Assembly (NCBI RefSeq): GCF_054482525.1
Contig: NZ_CM137006.1
Direction: 5' to 3' (one strand)
Length of the DNA stretch: 64,000 bases
The notes under the pieces were generated by a model that was given only the letters and a program-made list of their open reading frames with translations, did not search any database and was not told the origin of the DNA. The position numbers and the translations under genes were made by a program. Below, piece after piece: positions 1 to 13,245 of the stretch. Positions within the stretch are counted from its first letter, which is position 1; each line of letters opens with the position of its first letter.

Positions 1-1
1 C

Positions 2-883
2 ACCATTAAATGGGCGATCGCCGTTGGCGATCAGCGCGTTGAAACGGTGTATATCCCGGAAGACGACCGTGCCACGCTCTGCGTCTCTTCGCAGGTGGGG
101 TGTGCGCTGGAGTGTAAATTCTGTTCCACCGCCCAGCAGGGCTTTAACCGCAACCTGCGGGTATCGGAAATTATCGGCCAGGTGTGGCGTGCGGCGAAAA
201 TTGTCGGCGCAGCAAAAGTCACCGGTCAGCGTCCAATCACTAACGTAGTGATGATGGGTATGGGCGAGCCGCTGCTCAACCTGAACAACGTCGTTCCGGC
301 GATGGAAATCATGCTTGATGATTTCGGTTTTGGCCTGTCAAAACGTCGCGTCACGCTTTCCACTTCCGGTGTGGTTCCGGCGCTGGATAAACTGGGCGAT
401 ATGATCGACGTTGCGCTGGCTATCTCCCTGCACGCGCCGAACGACGAAATTCGTGACGAAATTGTGCCGATCAACAAAAAGTACAATATCGAAACGTTCC
501 TTGCGGCGGTGCGCCGTTATCTGGAGAAATCCAACGCCAATCAGGGCCGAGTCACTATTGAATACGTGATGCTTGACCACGTTAACGACGGCACTGAACA
601 CGCGCACCAACTGGCGGAACTGCTGAAAGATACGCCGTGTAAGATCAACCTGATCCCGTGGAATCCCTTCCCGGGCGCGCCGTATGGACGCAGCTCGAAC
701 AGCCGTATCGACCGTTTCTCAAAAGTGCTGATGAGCTACGGTTTCACCACTATTGTGCGTAAAACCCGTGGTGATGATATTGATGCTGCCTGTGGTCAGT
801 TGGCGGGCGATGTTATCGACCGTACGAAACGTACCCTGCGTAAACGGATGCAGGGTGAAGCCATCGACATTAAAGCGGTCTGA
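2..883 (+). CDS. rlmN: Radical-SAM rRNA/tRNA m2A methyltransferase RlmN, 5' end cut by window edge
   Basis: The frame is open from base 2. The translation [47 protein letters not shown] carries the CxxxCxxC radical-SAM motif, and synteny with rodZ-ispG-hisS fits. Confidence 0.95.
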
Positions 884-888
884 TAGCC

Positions 889-930
889 ATTACGCCACGG
901 TTACTTTATGTACCGTGGCGTAATCTTTTA
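889..930 (+). terminator. rlmN intrinsic terminator
   Basis: A 12-bp stem, ATTACGCCACGG / CCGTGGCGTAAT, is followed by CTTTTA just after the rlmN stop. Confidence 0.7.
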
Positions 931-1167
931 TGAATGAAGTATTAAGTTGCAATTGTCTGGTCAATATTAACGGTGCGTTTTTGCTGACTTTAAGGCAGTA
1001 TGTAACGATGCAACAGTAAGTTAGCCTTAGTGAATGTGGGCTTTGTCACGAGCACACAGACGGTCTTATACTGTATGATAACGGTTAACTTAACGGATGT
1101 TTCGCGGTGTGGGTGAGCATGATGGTTCACCGGCATCTCAATTCTCATTTAAACGTACCTGCAGCGA

Positions 1168-2181
1168 ATGAATACTGAAGCCACGCACGACCAAAATGAA
1201 GCACTTACTACCGGCGCTCGCCTGCGTAATGCTCGCGAACAACTAGGACTTAGTCAGCAGGCCGTTGCCGAGCGACTTTGCCTGAAGGTTTCCACGGTAC
1301 GCGACATTGAAGAAGATAAGGCACCCGCCGATCTTGCTTCAACATTCCTGCGCGGATATATCCGCTCTTATGCGCGTCTGGTACATATTCCAGAAGAAGA
1401 ACTGCTGCCAGGGCTGGAAAAGCAGGCTCCACTACGGGCTGCAAAAGTTGCGCCGATGCAGAGTTTTTCCCTTGGTAAACGCCGCAAAAAACGTGACGGC
1501 TGGCTGATGACCTTCACCTGGCTGGTGTTGTTTGTGGTTATCGGCCTGAGCGGTGCCTGGTGGTGGCAAGACCACAAAGCTCAGCAGGAAGAGATCACCA
1601 CTATGGCCGATCAATCTTCGGCGGAATTGAGCAGTAATAGCGAGCAGGGGCAGAGTGTTCCGTTAAATACGTCGACAACTACAGACCCGGCTACAACGTC
1701 CACGCCGCCAGCGTCTGTGGATACTACCGCAACCAACACGCAAACACCTGCCGTAACTGCGCCAGCACCAGCTGTTGATCCGCAACAGAATGCGGTTGTT
1801 TCGCCTTCGCAGGCAAATGTTGATACCGCCGCGACCCCGGCACCAACGGCAACAACAACGCCAGATGGTGCTGCGCCGTTGCCAACCGATCAGGCTGGCG
1901 TGACCACGCCGGTGGCTGATCCGAATGCGCTGGTGATGAACTTTACTGCCGATTGCTGGCTGGAGGTCACTGATGCTACCGGTAAAAAATTGTTTAGCGG
2001 TATGCAGCGTAAAGACGGTAATTTGAACTTAACCGGCCAGGCACCGTACAAACTGAAAATTGGTGCGCCAGCCGCAGTACAGATCCAGTATCAAGGGAAA
2101 CCTGTCGATCTGAGTCGTTTTATCAGAACTAACCAGGTTGCGCGTCTGACCCTCAATGCCGAACAATCACCGGCGCAGTAA
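1168..2181 (+). CDS. rodZ: Cytoskeleton protein RodZ (HTH, one TM segment, Pro/Thr/Ala-rich linker)
   Basis: 337 aa. It has an N-terminal XRE-type HTH ([22 protein letters not shown]), a TM segment ([22 protein letters not shown]) and the conserved C-terminal domain. Confidence 0.95.
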   Translation: MNTEATHDQNEALTTGARLRNAREQLGLSQQAVAERLCLKVSTVRDIEEDKAPADLASTFLRGYIRSYARLVHIPEEELLPGLEKQAPLRAAKVAPMQSFSLGKRRKKRDGWLMTFTWLVLFVVIGLSGAWWWQDHKAQQEEITTMADQSSAELSSNSEQGQSVPLNTSTTTDPATTSTPPASVDTTATNTQTPAVTAPAPAVDPQQNAVVSPSQANVDTAATPAPTATTTPDGAAPLPTDQAGVTTPVADPNALVMNFTADCWLEVTDATGKKLFSGMQRKDGNLNLTGQAPYKLKIGAPAAVQIQYQGKPVDLSRFIRTNQVARLTLNAEQSPAQ

Positions 2182-2207
2182 CAGACGGGTAACGCGGGAG
2201 ATTTTTC

Positions 2208-3326
2208 ATGCATAACCAGGCTCCAATTCAACGTAGAAAATCAACACGTATTTACGTTGGGAATGTGCCGATTGGCGATGGTGCTCCCATCGCCGTACAG
2301 TCCATGACCAATACGCGCACGACAGACGTCGAAGCAACGGTCAATCAAATCAAGGCGTTGGAACGTGTTGGCGCTGATATCGTCCGTGTCTCCGTACCGA
2401 CGATGGACGCGGCAGAAGCGTTCAAACTCATCAAACAGCAGGTTAACGTGCCGCTGGTGGCTGACATCCATTTCGACTATCGCATTGCGCTGAAAGTAGC
2501 GGAATACGGCGTCGATTGTCTGCGTATTAACCCTGGCAATATCGGTAATGAAGAGCGTATTCGCATGGTGGTTGACTGTGCGCGCGATAAAAACATTCCG
2601 ATCCGTATTGGCGTTAACGCCGGATCGCTGGAAAAAGATCTGCAAGAAAAGTATGGCGAACCGACGCCGCAGGCATTGCTGGAATCCGCCATGCGCCATG
2701 TTGATCATCTTGATCGCCTGAACTTCGATCAGTTCAAAGTCAGCGTGAAAGCGTCAGACGTCTTCCTCGCTGTTGAGTCTTATCGTTTGCTGGCAAAACA
2801 GATCGATCAGCCGCTGCATCTGGGGATCACCGAAGCGGGTGGCGCGCGCAGCGGGGCGGTTAAATCCGCCATTGGTTTAGGTCTGCTGCTGTCTGAAGGC
2901 ATCGGCGACACGCTGCGCGTATCGCTGGCGGCCGATCCGGTTGAAGAGATCAAAGTCGGTTTCGATATTTTGAAATCGCTGCGTATCCGTTCGCGAGGGA
3001 TCAACTTCATCGCCTGCCCGACCTGTTCGCGTCAGGAATTTGATGTTATCGGTACGGTTAACGCGCTGGAGCAACGCCTGGAAGATATCATCACTCCGAT
3101 GGACGTTTCGATTATCGGCTGCGTGGTGAATGGCCCAGGTGAGGCGCTGGTTTCTACACTCGGCGTCACCGGCGGCAACAAGAAAAGCGGCCTCTATGAA
3201 GATGGCGTGCGCAAAGACCGTCTGGACAACAACGATATGATCGACCAGCTGGAAGCACGCATTCGTGCGAAAGCCAGTCAGCTGGACGAAGCGCGTCGAA
3301 TTGACGTTCAGCAGGTTGAAAAATAA
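2208..3326 (+). CDS. ispG: HMBPP synthase IspG (GcpE)
   Basis: 372 aa. The translation [36 protein letters not shown] and the C-terminal CPTCSR...GCVVNGPGE Fe-S motifs fit IspG. Confidence 0.96.
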
Positions 3327-3436
3327 TAACGTGATGGGAAGCGCCTCGCTTCCCGTGTATGATTGAACCCGCATGGCTCCCGAAACATTGAGGGAAGCGT
3401 TGAGGGTTCATTTTTATATTCAGAAAGAGAATAAAC

Positions 3437-4711
3437 GTGGCAAAAAACATTCAAGCCATTCGCGGCATGAACGATTACCTGCCTGGCGAAACGGCCATCT
3501 GGCAGCGCATTGAAGGCACACTGAAAAACGTGCTCGGCAGCTACGGTTACAGTGAAATCCGCTTGCCGATTGTAGAGCAGACCCCGCTATTCAAACGTGC
3601 GATTGGTGAAGTCACCGACGTGGTTGAAAAAGAGATGTACACCTTTGAGGATCGCAATGGCGACAGCCTGACTCTGCGCCCTGAAGGGACGGCGGGCTGT
3701 GTACGCGCCGGCATCGAGCATGGTCTTCTGTACAATCAGGAACAGCGTCTGTGGTATATCGGGCCGATGTTCCGTCACGAGCGTCCTCAGAAAGGGCGTT
3801 ATCGTCAGTTCCATCAGTTGGGCTGCGAAGTTTTCGGTCTGCAAGGCCCGGATATCGACGCTGAACTGATTATGCTCACCGCCCGCTGGTGGCGCGCGCT
3901 GGGTATCTCCGAGCACGTAACTCTTGAGCTGAACTCTATCGGTTCGCTGGAAGCACGAGCCAATTACCGCGATGCGCTGGTGGCATTCCTTGAGCAGCAT
4001 AAAGAAAAGCTGGACGAAGACTGCAAACGCCGCATGTACACTAACCCGCTGCGCGTGCTGGATTCAAAAAATCCGGAAGTGCAGGCGCTTCTCAACGACG
4101 CTCCGGCATTAGGCGATTATCTGGACGAGGAATCTCGTGAGCATTTTGCCGGTCTGTGCAAACTGCTGGAGAGCGCGGGGATCGCTTACACCGTCAACCA
4201 GCGTCTGGTGCGTGGTCTGGATTACTATAACCGTACCGTTTTCGAGTGGGTGACTAACAGTCTCGGCTCCCAGGGCACCGTGTGTGCAGGCGGTCGTTAT
4301 GACGGTCTGGTGGAACAACTGGGCGGTCGTGCAACACCGGCTGTCGGTTTTGCGATGGGCCTCGAACGTCTTGTATTGTTAGTACAGGCCGTTAATCCGG
4401 AATTTAAAGCCGATCCTGTTGTCGATATATACCTGGTGGCTTCAGGTGCTGATACACAATCTGCGGCTATGGCATTAGCTGAGCGTCTGCGTGATGAATT
4501 ACCGGGCGTGAAATTGATGACCAACCACGGCGGCGGCAACTTTAAGAAACAGTTTGCCCGTGCTGATAAATGGGGTGCCCGCGTTGCTGTGGTGCTGGGT
4601 GAGTCTGAAGTGGCTAACGGCACAGCAGTAGTGAAGGATTTGCGCTCTGGTGAGCAAACGGCAGTTGCGCAGGATAGCGTAGCCGCGCATTTGCGCACGT
4701 TACTGGGTTAA
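3437..4711 (+). CDS. hisS: Histidine--tRNA ligase
   Basis: 424 aa with a GTG start. Class II aaRS motifs are present ([24 protein letters not shown]; GGRYDGL). Confidence 0.96.
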
Positions 4712-4728
4712 GGAAGGAGAAGGACAGC

Positions 4729-5349
4729 GTGGAAATTTACGAGAACGAAAACGACCAGGTAGAAGCGGTTAAACGCTTTTTTGCTGAAAATGGCAAAGCA
4801 CTGGCTGTTGGGGTGATTTTGGGCGTTGGTGCACTGATTGGCTGGCGCTACTGGAACAGCCATCAGGTTGATTCTGCACGCTCCGCTTCTCTTGCCTATC
4901 AAAATGCGGTTACCGCAGTGAGCGAAGGCAAACCGGATAGCATTCCGGCGGCGGAAAAATTTGCTGCTGAAAATAAAAATACTTATGGTGCGCTGGCTTC
5001 TTTGGAACTTGCGCAGCAATTTGTTGACAAAAATGAACTAGAGAAAGCTGCCGCCCAGTTACAACAGGGGCTGGCAGACACGAGCGATGAAAATCTCAAA
5101 GCCGTGATAAATCTGCGTCTTGCTCGCGTTCAGGTTCAGCTCAAGCAGGCTGATGCCGCGCTGAAAACCCTTGATGCCATCAAAGGTGAAGGGTGGGCTG
5201 CCATTGTTGCCGACCTGCGTGGTGAAGCATTGCTGAGCAAAGGTGATAAGCAAGGTGCGCGTAGTGCATGGGAAGCAGGCGTGAAAAGCGATGTTACCCC
5301 GGCACTGAGCGAAATGATGCAGATGAAAATTAATAATTTGTCCATCTGA
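4729..5349 (+). CDS. yfgM: YfgM (ancillary SecYEG-associated TPR-like membrane protein)
   Basis: 206 aa with a GTG start and an N-terminal TM segment. It sits in the conserved position between hisS and bamB. Confidence 0.9.
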   Translation: MEIYENENDQVEAVKRFFAENGKALAVGVILGVGALIGWRYWNSHQVDSARSASLAYQNAVTAVSEGKPDSIPAAEKFAAENKNTYGALASLELAQQFVDKNELEKAAAQLQQGLADTSDENLKAVINLRLARVQVQLKQADAALKTLDAIKGEGWAAIVADLRGEALLSKGDKQGARSAWEAGVKSDVTPALSEMMQMKINNLSI

Positions 5350-5359
5350 GAGGGACCCG

Positions 5360-6538
5360 ATGCAATTGCGTAAATTACTGCTGCCAGGACTGCTTTCCGT
5401 TACCCTTTTAAGCGGCTGTTCGCTGTTTAACAGCGAAGAAGATGTGGTAAAGATGTCCCCATTGCCGACCGTTGAAAACCAGTTTACGCCGACCACGGCG
5501 TGGAGCACTTCCGTTGGTAGCGGCATTGGCAACTTCTATTCCAATCTTCATCCGGCACTGGCGGACAACGTTGTCTATGCAGCGGACCGCGCTGGTTTAG
5601 TAAAAGCGCTGAATGCGGATGATGGCAAAGAAATCTGGTCTGTCAGCCTGGCCGAGAAAGATGGCTGGTTCTCTAAAGAGCCTGCATTACTTTCTGGCGG
5701 TGTGACCGTGTCTGGTGGGCATGTCTACATTGGCAGCGAAAAGGCGCAGGTTTACGCGCTGAATACCAGCGATGGTACTGTGGCATGGCAAACTAAAGTC
5801 GCGGGTGAAGCACTTTCGCGTCCGGTGGTCAGCGACGGTCTGGTGTTAATCCACACCAGTAACGGTCAGTTACAAGCGCTGAACGAAGCTGACGGCGCTG
5901 TCAAATGGACAGTTAACCTCGATATGCCTTCGCTCTCTTTGCGTGGCGAGTCTGCGCCGGCAACGGCTTTTGGTGCGGCCGTCGTGGGTGGCGATAATGG
6001 TCGCGTCAGCGCAGTGCTGATGGAACAGGGCCAGATGATTTGGCAGCAGCGTATTTCCCAGGCGACCGGTTCTACCGAAATTGACCGTCTGAGCGATGTT
6101 GACACGACTCCCGTCGTTGTTAACGGTGTTGTTTTCGCGCTGGCCTATAATGGTAACCTGACGGCGCTTGATCTGCGCAGTGGTCAGATTATGTGGAAAC
6201 GCGAACTGGGTTCGGTGAATGATTTCATCGTCGACGGCAATCGCATCTATCTGGTCGATCAAAATGACCGGGTGATGGCGTTGACCATTGATGGCGGCGT
6301 TACGCTGTGGACACAAAGCGATCTGTTGCATCGCCTGCTGACTTCTCCGGTGCTGTATAATGGCAACCTGGTGGTAGGTGACAGCGAAGGTTATCTGCAC
6401 TGGATTAACGTCGAAGATGGTCGTTTCGTTGCCCAGCAAAAAGTTGATAGTTCCGGTTTCCAGACTGAACCGGTTGCCGCTGATGGCAAACTGCTGATCC
6501 AGGCAAAAGACGGAACCGTGTACTCTATTACACGTTAA
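5360..6538 (+). CDS. bamB: Outer membrane protein assembly factor BamB (lipoprotein, PQQ-like beta-propeller)
   Basis: 392 aa with a lipobox (LLSGCS) and repeated propeller blades. Confidence 0.95.
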   Translation: MQLRKLLLPGLLSVTLLSGCSLFNSEEDVVKMSPLPTVENQFTPTTAWSTSVGSGIGNFYSNLHPALADNVVYAADRAGLVKALNADDGKEIWSVSLAEKDGWFSKEPALLSGGVTVSGGHVYIGSEKAQVYALNTSDGTVAWQTKVAGEALSRPVVSDGLVLIHTSNGQLQALNEADGAVKWTVNLDMPSLSLRGESAPATAFGAAVVGGDNGRVSAVLMEQGQMIWQQRISQATGSTEIDRLSDVDTTPVVVNGVVFALAYNGNLTALDLRSGQIMWKRELGSVNDFIVDGNRIYLVDQNDRVMALTIDGGVTLWTQSDLLHRLLTSPVLYNGNLVVGDSEGYLHWINVEDGRFVAQQKVDSSGFQTEPVAADGKLLIQAKDGTVYSITR

Positions 6539-6558
6539 TCGTCTCTGTCGTTCACTTT

Positions 6559-6596
6559 GAAAACGGCTCCTGGACAGGGGCCGTTTTCCTGTTTTT
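6559..6596 (+). terminator. bamB intrinsic terminator
   Basis: The stem GAAAACGGC / GCCGTTTTC is followed by CTGTTTTT. Confidence 0.75.
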
Positions 6597-6655
6597 AACA
6601 ACGACACGAATATAGCGTGCGTTGTCTGATGATGTATAAAAATGAGGCTTTAAAC

Positions 6656-8128
6656 ATGGTACCTGTGGTCGCGCTTGTCGGGCGCCCTAACGTAGGAAAA
6701 TCCACGTTATTTAACCGTCTAACTCGCACCCGAGATGCGCTGGTTGCGGATTTCCCGGGTCTGACTCGTGACCGTAAGTACGGTCGTGCAGAAATTGAAG
6801 GCCGTGAGTTTATCTGCATTGATACCGGCGGGATTGATGGTACAGAAGACGGTGTAGAAACCCGTATGGCGGAACAGTCGCTGCTGGCGATTGAAGAAGC
6901 GGACGTCGTACTGTTTATGGTGGATGCGCGCGCGGGCCTGATGCCGGCGGATGAAGCGATTGCCAAACATCTGCGCTCCCGTGAAAAACCGACCTTCCTG
7001 GTGGCAAACAAAACTGACGGGCTGGATCCCGATCAGGCGGTGGTTGATTTCTACTCGCTTGGTTTAGGGGAAATCTACCCGATCGCCGCGTCTCACGGTC
7101 GTGGCGTATTAAGTCTGCTGGAGCACGTGCTGCTGCCGTGGATGGAAGATCTCGCACCACAAGAAGAAGTGGATGAAGACGCTGAATACTGGGCGCAATT
7201 TGAAGCAGAAGAAAACGGCGAAGAAGAAGAGGAAGATGACTTCGACCCGCAAAGTCTGCCGATCAAACTGGCGATTGTGGGTCGTCCGAACGTAGGTAAG
7301 TCTACACTCACTAACCGTATTCTTGGTGAAGAGCGCGTTGTTGTTTACGACATGCCTGGCACCACGCGTGACAGTATCTACATTCCAATGGAACGCGACG
7401 GACGTGAGTATGTGCTCATTGACACCGCTGGCGTACGTAAACGCGGCAAAATCACCGATGCTGTAGAGAAGTTCTCGGTAATCAAAACGTTGCAGGCCAT
7501 TGAAGATGCCAACGTGGTGATGTTGGTGATTGATGCGCGCGAAGGTATTTCCGATCAGGATCTCTCCCTGCTGGGCTTTATTCTCAATAGTGGGCGCTCA
7601 CTTGTCATTGTGGTGAATAAGTGGGATGGCCTGAGCCAGGAAGTGAAAGAGCAGGTGAAAGAAACGCTGGACTTCCGTCTGGGCTTTATCGATTTTGCTC
7701 GTGTGCACTTTATCTCAGCCTTGCACGGCAGTGGTGTTGGTAATCTGTTTGAATCAGTACGTGAAGCGTATGACAGCTCCACCCGTCGTGTGGGGACCTC
7801 TATGCTGACGCGCATCATGACGATGGCTGTTGAAGATCACCAGCCGCCGCTGGTACGTGGTCGTCGTGTGAAGCTGAAATATGCCCACGCCGGTGGTTAT
7901 AACCCGCCGATTGTGGTGATTCACGGTAATCAGGTGAAAGACCTGCCTGATTCCTACAAGCGTTACTTGATGAACTACTTCCGCAAATCGCTGGACGTAA
8001 TGGGATCGCCGATTCGTATTCAGTTCAAAGAAGGGGAAAACCCGTATGCGAACAAGCGTAACACCCTGACGCCAACCCAGATGCGTAAACGTAAGCGTCT
8101 GATGAAGCACATCAAGAAAAATAAATAA
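6656..8128 (+). CDS. der: Ribosome-associated GTPase Der (EngA), tandem GTPase domains
   Basis: There are two G1 motifs (GRPNVGKST, twice). The start is chosen at [16 protein letters not shown] (490 aa); the upstream GTG/ATG extension in the ORF track is unlikely to be real. Confidence 0.95.
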
Positions 8129-8196
8129 TTATCCGTAAGTATTTTATCTGCCATTCCCTCTATAAATGTAGAGGGATGGCTACTGGAGGAATTCAT

Positions 8197-9809
<1,613 letters not shown>

Positions 9810-9891
9810 TTATTCAGTCGATAGTAACCCGCCCTTCGGGGATAGCAAGCATTTTTTGCAAAAAGGGGTAGATGCAATCGGTTACGCTCTG

Positions 9892-9897
9892 TATAAT
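9892..9897 (+). promoter_or_regulatory. Candidate -10 (TATAAT) of the guaBA promoter
   Basis: A perfect TATAAT lies about 45 nt upstream of the guaB ATG in the xseA-guaB divergent gap. No clean -35 was read. Confidence 0.5.
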
Positions 9898-9940
9898 GCC
9901 GCGGCAATATTTATTAACCACTCTGGTCGAGATATTGCCC

Positions 9941-11407
9941 ATGCTACGTATCGCTAAAGAAGCTCTGACGTTTGACGACGTTCTCCTCGTTCCTGCTCAT
10001 TCTACCGTTCTGCCGAATACTGCTGACCTCAGCACCCAGCTGACGAAAACTATTCGTCTGAATATCCCTATGCTTTCCGCAGCAATGGATACCGTAACGG
10101 AAGCGCGCCTGGCTATTGCTCTGGCTCAGGAAGGCGGTATCGGCTTTATCCACAAAAACATGTCCATTGAACGCCAGGCAGAAGAAGTTCGCCGTGTGAA
10201 AAAACACGAATCTGGCGTGGTAACTGATCCGCAGACTGTTCTGCCAACCACGACGCTGCGCGAAGTGAAAGAACTGACCGAGCGTAACGGTTTTGCGGGC
10301 TATCCGGTCGTTACCGAAGAAAACGAACTGGTGGGTATTATCACCGGTCGTGACGTACGTTTTGTTACCGACCTGAGCCAGCCGGTTAGCGTTTACATGA
10401 CGCCGAAAGAACGTCTGGTCACCGTGCGTGAAGGTGAAGCCCGTGAAGTTGTGCTGGCAAAAATGCACGAAAAACGCGTTGAAAAAGCGCTGGTGGTTGA
10501 TGACGAATTCCACCTGATCGGCATGATCACCGTCAAAGACTTCCAGAAAGCGGAACGTAAACCGAACGCCTGTAAAGACGAGCAAGGCCGTCTGCGTGTT
10601 GGTGCAGCGGTTGGCGCGGGTGCGGGTAACGAAGAGCGTGTTGACGCGCTGGTTGCCGCAGGCGTTGACGTTCTGCTGATCGACTCCTCTCACGGTCACT
10701 CAGAAGGCGTTCTGCAACGTATCCGTGAAACCCGTGCTAAATATCCTGATCTGCAAATCATCGGCGGCAACGTGGCAACAGCTGCAGGTGCACGCGCTCT
10801 GGCAGAAGCTGGTTGCAGCGCGGTTAAAGTCGGTATCGGCCCAGGCTCTATCTGTACGACTCGTATCGTGACTGGCGTCGGTGTTCCACAGATCACCGCC
10901 GTTGCTGATGCAGTAGAAGCCCTGGAAGGCACCGGTATTCCGGTTATCGCTGACGGCGGTATCCGTTTCTCAGGCGATATCGCCAAAGCTATCGCCGCAG
11001 GCGCAAGCGCGGTGATGGTGGGTTCCATGCTGGCGGGTACTGAAGAATCTCCGGGTGAAATCGAACTCTACCAGGGCCGTTCTTACAAATCTTACCGTGG
11101 GATGGGCTCTCTGGGTGCGATGTCCAAAGGTTCTTCTGACCGTTACTTCCAGAGTGACAACGCTGCCGACAAACTGGTGCCGGAAGGTATCGAAGGTCGC
11201 GTGGCCTATAAAGGTCGCCTGAAAGAGATCATTCACCAGCAGATGGGCGGCCTGCGCTCCTGTATGGGCCTGACCGGCTGTGGTACTATCGACGAACTGC
11301 GTACTAAAGCGGAGTTTGTACGTATCAGCGGTGCGGGCATTCAGGAAAGCCACGTTCACGACGTGACCATTACTAAAGAGTCCCCGAACTACCGTCTGGG
11401 CTCCTGA
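9941..11407 (+). CDS. guaB: IMP dehydrogenase
   Basis: 488 aa starting at [18 protein letters not shown], with a CBS pair and the catalytic [11 protein letters not shown] loop. Confidence 0.96.
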   Translation: MLRIAKEALTFDDVLLVPAHSTVLPNTADLSTQLTKTIRLNIPMLSAAMDTVTEARLAIALAQEGGIGFIHKNMSIERQAEEVRRVKKHESGVVTDPQTVLPTTTLREVKELTERNGFAGYPVVTEENELVGIITGRDVRFVTDLSQPVSVYMTPKERLVTVREGEAREVVLAKMHEKRVEKALVVDDEFHLIGMITVKDFQKAERKPNACKDEQGRLRVGAAVGAGAGNEERVDALVAAGVDVLLIDSSHGHSEGVLQRIRETRAKYPDLQIIGGNVATAAGARALAEAGCSAVKVGIGPGSICTTRIVTGVGVPQITAVADAVEALEGTGIPVIADGGIRFSGDIAKAIAAGASAVMVGSMLAGTEESPGEIELYQGRSYKSYRGMGSLGAMSKGSSDRYFQSDNAADKLVPEGIEGRVAYKGRLKEIIHQQMGGLRSCMGLTGCGTIDELRTKAEFVRISGAGIQESHVHDVTITKESPNYRLGS

Positions 11408-11413
11408 TTCTCT

Positions 11414-11444
11414 TCGCCCGACTTCATGTCGGGCGATTTATATT
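11414..11444 (+). other. guaB-guaA intercistronic hairpin (terminator-like attenuator)
   Basis: A 9-bp stem, TCGCCCGAC / GTCGGGCGA, is followed by TTTATATT. Confidence 0.45.
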
Positions 11445-11475
11445 ATCTGTTTCACTTGCCTCGGAATAAGCGTCA

Positions 11476-13053
11476 ATGACGGAAAACATTCATAAGCATC
11501 GCATCCTCATTCTGGACTTCGGTTCTCAGTACACTCAACTGGTTGCGCGCCGCGTGCGTGAACTGGGTGTTTACTGCGAACTGTGGGCGTGGGATGTGAC
11601 AGAAGCACAAATTCGTGACTTCAACCCAAGCGGCATTATTCTTTCCGGCGGCCCGGAAAGCACCACCGAAGAAAACAGCCCGCGCGCGCCGCAGTATGTC
11701 TTTGAAGCAGGCGTACCGGTATTCGGCGTTTGCTATGGCATGCAGACCATGGCAATGCAGTTGGGCGGTCACGTTGAAGCCTCTAACGAACGTGAATTTG
11801 GCTACGCGCAGGTTGAAGTCGTAAACGACAGCGCACTGGTTCGCGGTATCGAAGATGCGCTGACCGCAGACGGTAAACCGCTGCTCGATGTCTGGATGAG
11901 CCACGGCGATAAAGTTACCGCTATCCCGTCCGACTTCGTCACCGTAGCCAGCACCGAAAGCTGCCCGTTTGCCATTATGGCTAACGAAGAAAAACGCTTC
12001 TATGGCGTACAGTTCCACCCGGAAGTGACTCACACCCGCCAGGGTATGCGCATGCTGGAGCGTTTTGTGCGTGATATCTGCCAGTGTGAAGCCCTGTGGA
12101 CGCCAGCGAAAATTATCGACGATGCTGTAGCTCGCATCCGCGAGCAGGTAGGCGACGATAAAGTCATCCTCGGCCTCTCTGGTGGTGTGGATTCCTCCGT
12201 AACCGCAATGCTGCTGCACCGCGCTATCGGTAAAAACCTGACTTGCGTATTCGTCGACAACGGCCTGCTGCGTCTCAACGAAGCAGAGCAGGTTCTGGAT
12301 ATGTTTGGCGATCACTTTGGTCTGAACATTGTTCACGTTCCGGCAGAAGCTCGCTTCCTGTCAGCGTTGGCCGGCGAAAACGATCCGGAAGCAAAACGTA
12401 AAATCATCGGGCGCGTTTTCGTTGAAGTATTCGATGAAGAAGCACTGAAACTGGAAGACGTGAAGTGGCTGGCGCAGGGCACTATCTACCCTGACGTTAT
12501 TGAATCTGCCGCATCTGCAACCGGTAAAGCACACGTCATCAAATCTCACCACAACGTGGGCGGCCTGCCGAAAGAGATGAAGATGGGGCTGGTTGAACCG
12601 CTGAAAGAGCTGTTCAAAGACGAAGTGCGTAAGATTGGTCTGGAGCTGGGCCTGCCGTACGACATGCTGTACCGTCACCCGTTCCCGGGACCAGGCCTCG
12701 GCGTTCGTGTACTGGGCGAAGTGAAGAAAGAGTACTGCGACCTGCTGCGCCGTGCTGACGCCATCTTCATTGAAGAACTGCGTAAAGCGGACCTGTACGA
12801 CAAAGTCAGCCAGGCATTCACCGTCTTCCTGCCGGTACGTTCCGTTGGCGTAATGGGCGATGGTCGTAAGTATGACTGGGTTGTCTCTCTGCGTGCTGTC
12901 GAAACCATCGACTTTATGACCGCACACTGGGCGCACCTGCCGTATGACTTCCTCGGTCGCGTTTCCAACCGCATTATCAATGAAGTGAACGGTATTTCCC
13001 GCGTGGTGTATGACATCAGCGGCAAGCCACCAGCGACTATTGAGTGGGAATGA
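11476..13053 (+). CDS. guaA: GMP synthase (glutamine-hydrolysing)
   Basis: 525 aa with a GATase domain (GVCYGMQ), the ATP-PPase motif SGGVDSS and a C-terminus ending IEWE. Confidence 0.97.
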   Translation: MTENIHKHRILILDFGSQYTQLVARRVRELGVYCELWAWDVTEAQIRDFNPSGIILSGGPESTTEENSPRAPQYVFEAGVPVFGVCYGMQTMAMQLGGHVEASNEREFGYAQVEVVNDSALVRGIEDALTADGKPLLDVWMSHGDKVTAIPSDFVTVASTESCPFAIMANEEKRFYGVQFHPEVTHTRQGMRMLERFVRDICQCEALWTPAKIIDDAVARIREQVGDDKVILGLSGGVDSSVTAMLLHRAIGKNLTCVFVDNGLLRLNEAEQVLDMFGDHFGLNIVHVPAEARFLSALAGENDPEAKRKIIGRVFVEVFDEEALKLEDVKWLAQGTIYPDVIESAASATGKAHVIKSHHNVGGLPKEMKMGLVEPLKELFKDEVRKIGLELGLPYDMLYRHPFPGPGLGVRVLGEVKKEYCDLLRRADAIFIEELRKADLYDKVSQAFTVFLPVRSVGVMGDGRKYDWVVSLRAVETIDFMTAHWAHLPYDFLGRVSNRIINEVNGISRVVYDISGKPPATIEWE

Positions 13054-13099
13054 TTAACAGCTAACTCATAGCAACTCATTTCTATTCAGATATTAACTC

Positions 13100-13126
13100 A
13101 ACCCTCTGTTTTTACAGAGGGTTTTT
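13100..13126 (+). repeat. attL: left copy of the 27-bp imperfect direct repeat; also the guaA terminator hairpin
   Basis: AACCCTCTGTT-tt-TACAGAGGGTTTTT here matches AACCCTCTGTT-ac-TACAGAGGGTTTTT at 53625-53651. Each copy folds as a stem AACCCTCTG / CAGAGGGTT followed by a T-run. Confidence 0.8.
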
Positions 13127-13187
13127 GTTTTTATGTATTCATCTCTATTCACTCTACACCATATTTTTCGGCGGTACAGGTGACGGT

Positions 13188-13204
13188 ATTACCCTAAAGG
13201 TATA
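13188..13204. promoter_or_regulatory. Dyad site O1 (ATTACC-CTAAA-GGTATA), one mismatch
   Basis: Member of the TTACC-N5-GGTAA family, 42 nt upstream of the int start. Confidence 0.5.
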
Positions 13205-13245
13205 CTCTCATACCGTCATGAAAATGGTTTCTATACGGGTGAATT

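Noticed and set aside
1620-1900. Low-complexity Thr/Pro/Ala-rich stretch in rodZ and the GAA/GAG-rich acidic run in der (about 7190-7250), considered as possible repeats or insertions.
   Set aside because: Both are native linker regions of these E. coli proteins and are in frame. They are not independent repeat elements.
3336-3354. Hairpin GGGAAGCG-cct-CGCTTCCC after ispG as a terminator.
   Set aside because: The stem is stable but there is no following T-run, so I did not annotate it as a terminator.
6617-6655. Longer starts for der (6617) and guaB (9872), purM (63374) and ppk (61518).
   Set aside because: The known N-termini ([40 protein letters not shown]) begin further in. The extensions are just open upstream sequence.
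11473-12336. 287-aa ORF antisense to guaA. Similar long antisense ORFs occur at 9944-10699 (guaB), 5870-6607 (bamB), 2241-2708 (ispG), 30336-31073 (portal), 38539-39159 and 34759-35448.
   Set aside because: These are shadow ORFs opposite well-supported genes. Their products are compositionally odd, they have no SD, and the sense-strand genes are recognisable.
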